Positions 57,587 through 64,000 of a DNA stretch of 64,000 nucleotides are shown one piece after another. The notes beneath the pieces are model-generated. The model searched no databases, was not told the DNA's origin, and saw nothing but the letters and a program-made list of their open reading frames with translations. Position 1 is the stretch's first letter, and every line of letters starts with the position of its first letter. This DNA comes from Candidatus Rokuibacteriota bacterium (GTDB taxonomy: Bacteria > Methylomirabilota > Methylomirabilia > Rokubacteriales > CSP1-6): the NCBI GenBank assembly GCA_003221455.1, contig QHRX01000009.1:10031-74030 (forward strand). The letters run 5' to 3'. The position numbers were made by a program, and so were the translations under genes.

Positions 57587-59256
57587 CAATCCTCGACGGG
57601 CATCGTGACTGGCTCGCCCGCGCCGTAGAAGTACGCCCCCCGCCCGGCGGCGCCGCCGACGACGGCGATCTCGAAGCAGTCGGGTGTCTCGACGACGGGC
57701 AGCGGGAGGTCTGGGTGATCGGCGAGCCAGCCGAGCTCGGGGTGGGCGGCCTGGAGCGCCTTCGGCTCCTTGTTCAGCATGAGCGTCCGGAACGGCAGGC
57801 GCGCCGTCTTGTAGAGGGCCTGCTGGATCCGGGCCCGGTCCCACCCCTCGCCGGCGAAGATCTGCGCGTGCTCAGGGCAGACGAAGAGCGTGTTGTGCTC
57901 GCGCTCCTCGGTCTTGTAGCGCGGGTCCGCGCGCCGGCCGATCAGCCAGAGCGCCGTCCCCACCTGGGCGACGTTGGTGGCCGCCGTCGCGAAGACCTGG
58001 ATCAGGTCCTCGGGGCGCGTGCTCCTGAAGTCGTGTAGCTCGCAGATCCCGTAGACGAAGTGGACGGTCACCGTGCTGGCCTCGCGGGCGTAGCCGCGGG
58101 CCACGTGGTAGGGCTCCCACGGGCTCTGGGCCTCGTTCTCCGCGCACGCCAGGCTGTACTTGAGCGGGGAGCCGATCGTGTCCATGTCGGAGACGCCGAC
58201 GTAGGTGTGGCCCACGTTCATCATCGTGAGGCGGACCGCCCGGCCGAGGACGGTGTTGGACGCCGACGGGGCGCCCGGCCCGAGCGCGCACATCCCGGCG
58301 TTGAGGTTCGCCGCCCGCCCCTTCGGCCCGTTGACGAGGACGAGCGGGGCGTGGGGCCCCGTCGACATCGCCTTGTTGCGCAGGTACATCTTCGGCTCCG
58401 CGAGGCAGCGGACCGCGGCGACGAGGAGCGGCAGGTGCTCGGGCCCGCCGCCGGCCATCACGGCGTTGATCGCGAGCTTCTCGACCGTGGCGACGCCGAA
58501 CCCGGGCTCGAGTGTCGCGATGACCTCGCCGGGATCGCGGGCGCTGCCGCGCAGCATGGCCTCGACGGCGCGGCCGGTCGGCGCCACCAGCGGGAAGCCG
58601 TCGCTCCAGCCCCGCGCGAGGAAGTCCCGGTTCATGCGACTCCACGCGTCGAGCAGGTCAGGCCCGTCGTAGGTGAGCCGTTCCTCCACGGCGGGACGAC
58701 CGACGTCGGCGCACGCCTCGACGGGGCGGGTGAGCCCGGCGACCACCTGATCAAACGCCTCCGTCACCATGCGGTGGATGTCCTCGGGGCGCCGGTTCGT
58801 CAGGGGCGTCGGCACCACCGCGAGCGGCAGGCCGGCGAGCCCGAAACTCTGTGCGCTCCGCCGCGCGTCCTGGACGAAGGCCTCGGCGGTGATGATCACG
58901 GTCGGGACCCCCCGTCGCTCGAGCTCGACCATGTCGTGGACACCCCACGACGTGCACGACCCTCAGTCGTTGGTGGTGCCGACGACGGCGTCGACCTCTG
59001 CCGCGATGCGGTCGGCGTCCTCCGCGGTGCAGTGCCGCATGAGCCAGCCGACCGAGCCCGTGTAGCGCTTGAACCTGGCGCCGGGAAAGCGCTCCCGGAG
59101 GAGCTGCTCGGTGCGATCGAGCGCGGCGTCGCCGCCCGCCTTCATGTTCCAGTAGAGGCCAATCGTCGCATGGCCGAGGTCGCGGAGCCGCGGCGCGGGC
59201 TTCACCGATTGCTCGACGACGTTCGCGACGGGACTCAGGATCTCGAGGCTCGCCAT
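57586..59256 (-). CDS. candidate selenoprotein with UGSC motif (in-frame TGA at 58965-58963 read as Sec), fused to a large C-terminal uncharacterised domain
   Basis: ORFs 58963..59256 and 57586..58932 are in the same frame, separated only by a TGA. The joined reading gives ...VVGTTND-U-GSC-TSWGVHDMVELERRGVPTVII..., placing U inside a U-G-S-C motif. A 7-bp-stem hairpin begins 12 nt 3' of the TGA. The alternative is two separate genes with ATG at 58932. Confidence 0.5.
58933..58951 (-). promoter_or_regulatory. candidate bacterial SECIS hairpin downstream of in-frame UGA
   Basis: GTCGTGG-GGTGT-CCACGAC perfect 7-bp stem with a G/U-rich 5-nt loop. It starts 12 nt after the TGA at 58965-58963. Confidence 0.4.
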
Positions 59257-59350
59257 CTCCGCACCTCCTCGGGGTGACCGGCCGGCTCACCTCCCCGCCC
59301 GCGGGCCGGTGGCGCGAGGATGGGCCGTCGGAGGGCGTCGCGTCAAGTCC

Positions 59351-59383
59351 TTGGGAAGGCCTTTGGGAAGGCCTTGGGAAGGC
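59351..59383. repeat. three tandem copies of TTGGGAAGGC (CCTTCCCAA on minus strand) in an intergenic region
   Basis: Units at 59351-60, 59363-72 and 59374-83. They lie in the 300-bp gap between pcp and the selenoprotein gene start, upstream of the latter on the minus strand. Confidence 0.7.
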
Positions 59384-59557
59384 GTTGCTGTCGGTCCAGA
59401 CGACGGTCACGGCTCACTTGCTCGGTGAACATGTCACCCCGTGAGCGACCCGCCCCGCGTCTGGGTTGACACGGGAGGCGGCGAGAAGGGGTGCCTGCCG
59501 AGCGAGGAATCGAGACTCCGCACGGGCGCCCGCGTCGGGAGGCTCGGTGAGAGGTGT

Positions 59558-60265
59558 CTAGGCGGTGGGCCTGGAGGAGCTCGCCGGGGGCCGGGGGCGC
59601 TCTTCGAGCGAGACCTCGAGGATGATCCGGGCGGCTTCGACCATGGTCCCGAGGCTCATCGAGGCGAGGGCGTGAGGCGCGTACGGCTCGGCGCTCTTCC
59701 CGGCCCGCACCTCCTCGCAGAGCCGCGCGACCTGCTCGGCGAGGTAGGGCAGGTGCACGAAGCCGCTCGGGACGCCCGCCGCCTGCTCGGCCTGGAGCAC
59801 CGTGTACATGGTGGCGTTGCAGAGGAAGGTGCCCGCCGTGGTCGAGAGGCGGGCGGGGATCCCGGCTCGAAGCAGCGCCTGCTCGATCGCCCGGAGCGGC
59901 AAGGTCGCGGGGAGGGCGGTGAGCCCCTCGGGAACGACCACGTCGTCGGCGAGGCGCGCACCCTCGTTGTCGGGGATGGTGAAGTCGGCGATGTTGACGG
60001 CGACGCGCTCGAGACGGATCACGGGCTCGCCCGGGCAGAGGCCGAGGCTCACCACGGCGACCGGACCGGTCTCCTGCAGCAGATCGTGGATCCGGCGCCG
60101 CAGGGGACCGAAGGTGACGGGGAGGATCCGGCCGACCACCCGGCGGCCCAGGATCTCCGCGCCGTCGAGCTGCTTCACGACCTCGGCCGAGGGGTTACGG
60201 TCGAGGCCGCCGTAGGGCTCGAACCCGGTGAGGAGCGCGACCCTGGGCACCGTGGTCCGGCTCAA
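59558..60265 (-). CDS. pcp: pyroglutamyl-peptidase I (peptidase C15)
   Basis: LLTGFEPYGG N-terminus and catalytic Cys region (AGTFLCNATMY). Confidence 0.85.
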   Translation of the reverse strand: MSRTTVPRVALLTGFEPYGGLDRNPSAEVVKQLDGAEILGRRVVGRILPVTFGPLRRRIHDLLQETGPVAVVSLGLCPGEPVIRLERVAVNIADFTIPDNEGARLADDVVVPEGLTALPATLPLRAIEQALLRAGIPARLSTTAGTFLCNATMYTVLQAEQAAGVPSGFVHLPYLAEQVARLCEEVRAGKSAEPYAPHALASMSLGTMVEAARIILEVSLEERPRPPASSSRPTA

Positions 60266-60392
60266 CGCATCCAGAAAGTCGGGGCGGGACCGCGGGGCGC
60301 CCGGAGGAGCCCGCTCGAGGCTCTGCGCCCGTCGCTCACGTCCTGCCCGCTGGTGCGCTCCATCGGTCGCGCCTCCTTCGTTAGGGTCGGGC

Positions 60393-61446
60393 TCAGGGAA
60401 TTCGGACCGCGCCTTCCATCAGCCGCCGGGCGGTGCGGTAGACCGTCACGCGCGTGGCCACTGGTCCCGGGCCGACCTCGGCCGCGATCGGGAGCACCCC
60501 CGACGGATGGCCGAGGCGGAGGTCGCGCGCGGCCGGGCCGGCGACCTCGTGGACCACCGTGCCCTCGATGCGCGCGGCGACGGCGAGGCACATCGCCGCC
60601 GTCAGCGCGACGGCCCGGTGGCACGCGCCCAGCGAGATGACGCGGGCGATCAGGTCCGCCTGGGTCGCGTCGTAGCGCGCGCGGTCGAGCGCCGTGAAGG
60701 GTGCGGGCGGCGCCACCAGCACGATCTTCGGCACGGCCGCGCTCCCCGGGATCCCCATGAGCCCGGCGGCGGCGGTCCGGATCCGCTCGAGGCGCCCGCC
60801 GAGCGCCCGGTCCGCGTCGATGTCGGTGGGCGACTCGGTGCCGGTCAGTCCGACGTCCTTGGCCCGCACGAACACGACCGGGTTCGTCGCGTCGACGCTC
60901 GAGGCCTCGACCCCCTCGATCAGGTCGCGCGCCGCCGGGGTCGACGAAGTCGAGGGCGATCCGCGCGCCCGTCCCGGCGACGCCCGGCAGCTCGAAGTCG
61001 CCCTCGACCGCGGCCTCGCCGTCGCGGACGGGCACGCGGGCGATGAGGAGCTTCTGCGTATTCGTGTTGTGAATGCGGACCACCGTCGCGGGCTCGACGG
61101 CGGGCACGAGGTGCTCGTCGATCGCGAACGGGCCGACGGCCGCCGAGCAGTTGCCGCAGTTGCCCGTGTAGTCGACGACGGGGCGACCCACCTCCACCTG
61201 GGCGAACGTGAAGTCGACGTCCGCGTCCGGGCGAGCCGGCGGGCCGACGATACAGGCCTTCGAGAGCGACGAGATGCCGCCGCCGAGGCCGTCGAGCTGG
61301 CGGCCGTAGGGATCGGGGCTCCCGAGGGCTCGCAGCAGGACGGCGTCCCGCTCCGGGCCGCGGGGGGGCAGGTCGCGCTCGTGGAAGAAGAGGGCGCGGC
61401 TCGTGCCGCCGCGCATGTAGACCGCCCGGATCTTCCGCTGGCTCAC
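60393..61446 (-). pseudogene. prpF: prpF-like 2-methylaconitate isomerase (PrpF/AcnD-accessory family), reading frame disrupted
   Basis: N-terminal part (VSQRKIRAVYMRGGTSRALFF...ALDFVDPGGA) is in one frame. The C-terminal part (DLIEGVEASSVDATNPVVFVRAKDV...RTARRLMEGAVRIP) is in another. The switch occurs within a GCGCGCG run near 60921-60936. The alternative is a sequencing indel in an intact gene. GTGA overlap with the upstream aconitase gene. Confidence 0.6.
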
Positions 61447-63371
61447 GCGCGGGAGAGCGCTCGGGTGTGGGCCAGCAGCCCGCCGGCGAGGAGGATCTCG
61501 CGCTCGCGCGGGGTGAGGAGGCACCGGGCGGTGTGGCGGGCACCGGTGCGCTCGCTCACGACCGTCACCCGTCCGTCGGCGACGAGCGAGGCCCGCACGG
61601 CCTCGAGCGTCAGCGTCTCGCCCGGCTCGATCGCGTCGTAGGTGTCGGGTTCGATCGTCAAGGGCACGACGCCCCAGTTGATCAGGTTCGCGCGGTGGAT
61701 GGGCGCGAACGACTTCGCGAGCACGGCGCGGACGCCGAGGTACATCGGCGCCACCGCCGCCGCCTCGCGCGACGAGCCCTGGCCGTAGAGCTCGCCGGCG
61801 ACGAGCAGGCCGCGGCCCGCCGCCTTCGCGCGCGCGACGAACTCCGGGTCGACATACTTGAACGTGAACTCCGCGATGGCCGGCACGTTCGAGCGAAACA
61901 CGAGCGCCGCGGACCCGCCCGGCGAGATGTGATCGGTGGAGATCTTGTCGCCGAGCTTCAGAAGGACGGGCGCGGCGAGCCGGTCTGCGACGGGCTCGCC
62001 GAGCGGCACGTCCTTGATGTTGGGGCCGCGGACGACCTCGGCCGGCTCGCCGGGCGCCGCCGGCGGCACGAAGCCGGCGTCCGACGCGAGAAAGTCCGCG
62101 GGGAGGACGAGCGCGGGCAGCGGCGGCCGCGCCCGCGGGTCGGTGATCCGGCCCGTGAGCGCCGAGGCCGCGGCGACCACCGAGGAGCAGAGGTAGACCT
62201 GATCGTCCTTGGCGCCGCTCCGGCCGGGGAAGTTGCGGTTGAACGCGCGGAGGCTGCGGGCGCCGGCCGCGGGCACATGGCCGATCCCCGGACAGGCGCC
62301 GCAGGTGGACTCGGAGATGACGACGCCCGCGGCGAGGAGATCCTGCACGAGCCCTTCGCGCGCCATGACCTCCAGGATCCGGTGCGAGCCCGGGAAGACC
62401 ACGAACGAGACCGATGGGTGCACGCGCCCCCCGCGGACCACCTGCGTCACCGACCACACGTCCTCCCACGAGCCGTTCGTGCAGGAGCCGGCCATGACCT
62501 GCTCGACCGCGGTGCCCGCGACCTCCTCGATCGGCACCACCCGGTCGGGCGAGCCGGGGAGCGCGATCAACGGCGTGATCGTCGAGAGGTCCACGTCGAT
62601 GGCGGCGTCGTAGTCGGCGTCGGGGTCGGGAGCGGCGGGGCGCCAGTCGGCCTCGCGGCCCAGCCGTCGGAAGTAGTCGCGCGTCACCTCGTCGCTCGGG
62701 AAGATCGAGGTCGTGAGCGTCAGCTCGGCGCCCATATTGGCGATCGTCATCCGCTGGGGCAGCGAGAGCGCGGGGAGGCCGGGGCCCGTGTACTCGAAGA
62801 TCTTCCCGGCGCCGCCGCGCACGCTGAGCCGCCGGAGCAGCTCGAGAATCACGTCCTTGGCGGTGACCCACGGACCGAGCGCGCCCCGGAGCCGCACCGC
62901 GACGATCTGCGGCATCGTGAGATAGTGCGGGCCGCCGCCCATCGCGACCGCGACGTCGAGACCGCCCGCGCCGATCGCGAGCATGCCGGCCGCGCCGCAG
63001 AGCGGCGTGTGACTATCCGTTCCGAGCAGCGTCTGGCCGGGGGCGCTGAAGGATTCCAGGTGGACCTGGTGGCAGATGCCGTTGCCGGGCTTGGAGAAGA
63101 CGGCCCCGTAGCGCCGGGACGCGGTCTGCAGATAGCGGTGGTCGTCCGAGTTGCGCGAGTCGAACTGGTACACGTTGTGGTCGATGTAGGTCACGACCCG
63201 TGGCGGCCGGACGTGCGGGAACCCCAGCGCCTCGAACTGGAGGAAGGCCAGCGTCCCGTTGGTGTCGGTGAGGAGGATCTGGTCGGCGGTGATGCCGATC
63301 TCGTCCCCGGCCACGGGCTTGCCCGCGACGAGGTGCGACTCGATCAGCTTCCGCGCGAGCGATTTGCCCAC
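61443..63371 (-). CDS. aconitase-family Fe-S hydratase (AcnD/2-methylcitrate dehydratase-like, 642 aa form)
   Basis: Aconitase catalytic domains (GICHQVHLE, GTDSHTP, Fe-S Cys ligands SCTNGS / CGAC) and a C-terminal swivel domain. Adjacent to prpF and a citrate-synthase homologue. Confidence 0.85.
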   Translation of the reverse strand: MGKSLARKLIESHLVAGKPVAGDEIGITADQILLTDTNGTLAFLQFEALGFPHVRPPRVVTYIDHNVYQFDSRNSDDHRYLQTASRRYGAVFSKPGNGICHQVHLESFSAPGQTLLGTDSHTPLCGAAGMLAIGAGGLDVAVAMGGGPHYLTMPQIVAVRLRGALGPWVTAKDVILELLRRLSVRGGAGKIFEYTGPGLPALSLPQRMTIANMGAELTLTTSIFPSDEVTRDYFRRLGREADWRPAAPDPDADYDAAIDVDLSTITPLIALPGSPDRVVPIEEVAGTAVEQVMAGSCTNGSWEDVWSVTQVVRGGRVHPSVSFVVFPGSHRILEVMAREGLVQDLLAAGVVISESTCGACPGIGHVPAAGARSLRAFNRNFPGRSGAKDDQVYLCSSVVAAASALTGRITDPRARPPLPALVLPADFLASDAGFVPPAAPGEPAEVVRGPNIKDVPLGEPVADRLAAPVLLKLGDKISTDHISPGGSAALVFRSNVPAIAEFTFKYVDPEFVARAKAAGRGLLVAGELYGQGSSREAAAVAPMYLGVRAVLAKSFAPIHRANLINWGVVPLTIEPDTYDAIEPGETLTLEAVRASLVADGRVTVVSERTGARHTARCLLTPREREILLAGGLLAHTRALSRA

Positions 63372-64000
63372 CTACCGCCCTTCCACCGGGGCCCACGGCT
63401 GGCGGATCGGCCCCACGTACTCGGCGCGGGGGCGTATGAGGCGGTTGTCGTCATACTGCTCGATGAGGTTGGCGGTCCAGCCGGCGATGCGGCCGGCCGC
63501 GATGACGGGGGTGAAGAGATCGACGGGGATGCCGAGCGAGTAGAAGAGCGGCGCCGAGTAGAAGTCGACGTTGGGGATGAGGCCCTTGGCCGCCTGGACC
63601 GTCTCGTGCAGGCGCACGGCCATGTCGTACCAGTGCGGCTGGCTCGACTGCCGGCACGCCTGCTCGGCCATGCCGCGCAGGATCGCCGCCCGCGGGTCGC
63701 CCGCCTTGTACACCCGGTGGCCGAAGCCCATGAGCCGGCGCTTCGCCCCGAGGGCGCCGGCGACGAACGCGTCGACGCGGGCGACCTCGCCGATCTCCAG
63801 CAAGGTCCGCATCACGGCCTCGCCCGCGCCGCCGTGGAGCGTGCCCCGGAGCGCGCCGACGCCACCGGCGACGGCCGAGTGCATGTCCGAGAGCGTGGCC
63901 GCGATGACGCGCGTCGTGAACGTGGAGGCGTTCAGCTCGTGCTCGGCGTAGAGGGTGAGGCACGCGTCGAAGGCCTTGGTGTTGACCGCGTTCGGCCGCT
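63372..64000 (-). CDS. prpC: citrate synthase / 2-methylcitrate synthase family (partial, N-terminus beyond window end)
   Basis: C-terminal citrate-synthase signature (GFGHRVYK, catalytic His and Asp). The ORF is open to the window edge. Confidence 0.8.
   Translation of the reverse strand, partial: RPNAVNTKAFDACLTLYAEHELNASTFTTRVIAATLSDMHSAVAGGVGALRGTLHGGAGEAVMRTLLEIGEVARVDAFVAGALGAKRRLMGFGHRVYKAGDPRAAILRGMAEQACRQSSQPHWYDMAVRLHETVQAAKGLIPNVDFYSAPLFYSLGIPVDLFTPVIAAGRIAGWTANLIEQYDDNRLIRPRAEYVGPIRQPWAPVEGR

Noticed and set aside
60262-62871. 869-aa minus-strand ORF spanning prpF and the aconitase gene
   Set aside because: Artefact of an open frame. The aconitase protein is encoded in a different frame (61443..63371), and only the 60900..61446 part of this ORF is real (prpF N-terminal segment).
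1-64000. Search for CRISPR arrays, IS elements, integrases or phage genes as markers of a mobile or defence island
   Set aside because: No direct-repeat/spacer arrays, transposase or recombinase ORFs, or terminal inverted repeats were recognisable. The window looks like a core chromosome with accessory pockets.

Overview
This 64 kb window is very GC-rich bacterial chromosomal DNA, roughly 70% GC by eye, with Arg-rich spurious antisense ORFs throughout. Gene content suggests a soil or sediment organism with aerobic and facultative metabolism, possibly Actinobacteria or a Rokubacteria/Methylomirabilota-like candidate phylum, but taxonomy cannot be fixed from sequence alone. Coding density is high, and many neighbouring genes overlap by one to four nucleotides (ATGA, GTGA, TGATG), suggesting operons with translational coupling.

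Recognisable modules:
- Two acyl-CoA modules built from a MaoC-like hydratase and a family III CoA-transferase. The first (3.2-6.9 kb) also carries a CitE-like lyase and looks like an itaconate/citramalyl-CoA catabolic set.
- A short-chain acyl-CoA module: enoyl-CoA hydratase, acyl-CoA dehydrogenase and HMG-CoA lyase.
- A methylcitrate-type module at the window end: prpC-like citrate synthase (truncated by the window), an aconitase-family hydratase and a frameshifted prpF.
- A cobalt-type nitrile hydratase cluster with an unusual ferredoxin-fused accessory protein.
- A sugar ABC transporter (binding protein plus two permeases) and a peptide-type ABC transporter (binding protein plus two permeases, no ATPase).
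- Stress genes: two Dps, OsmC and HdeD.
- A LemA/TPM operon.
- Envelope glycosylation genes: a GT-C membrane transferase, a GT9 heptosyltransferase and an O-antigen ligase-like protein.

Most notable observations:
1. A candidate selenoprotein gene (57586..59256, minus strand) that the ORF finder split in two at an in-frame TGA. The TGA lies inside a D-U-G-S-C motif, and a hairpin sits 12 nt downstream as a possible SECIS element. The gene heads an operon with the ATPase-less peptide transporter and follows a pyroglutamyl peptidase gene.
2. An orphan DGQHR (DndB/DpdB-like) protein with none of its usual partner genes in view.
3. A roughly 3 kb island of uncharacterised lipoproteins and membrane proteins (37.8-40.7 kb).
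4. A membrane receptor with a periplasmic sensor and a cytoplasmic PilZ domain, followed by two small secreted proteins.
5. A secreted HNH-motif nuclease.

No rRNA, tRNA, CRISPR array or clear mobile element was seen. Coordinates for coding features include the stop codon.
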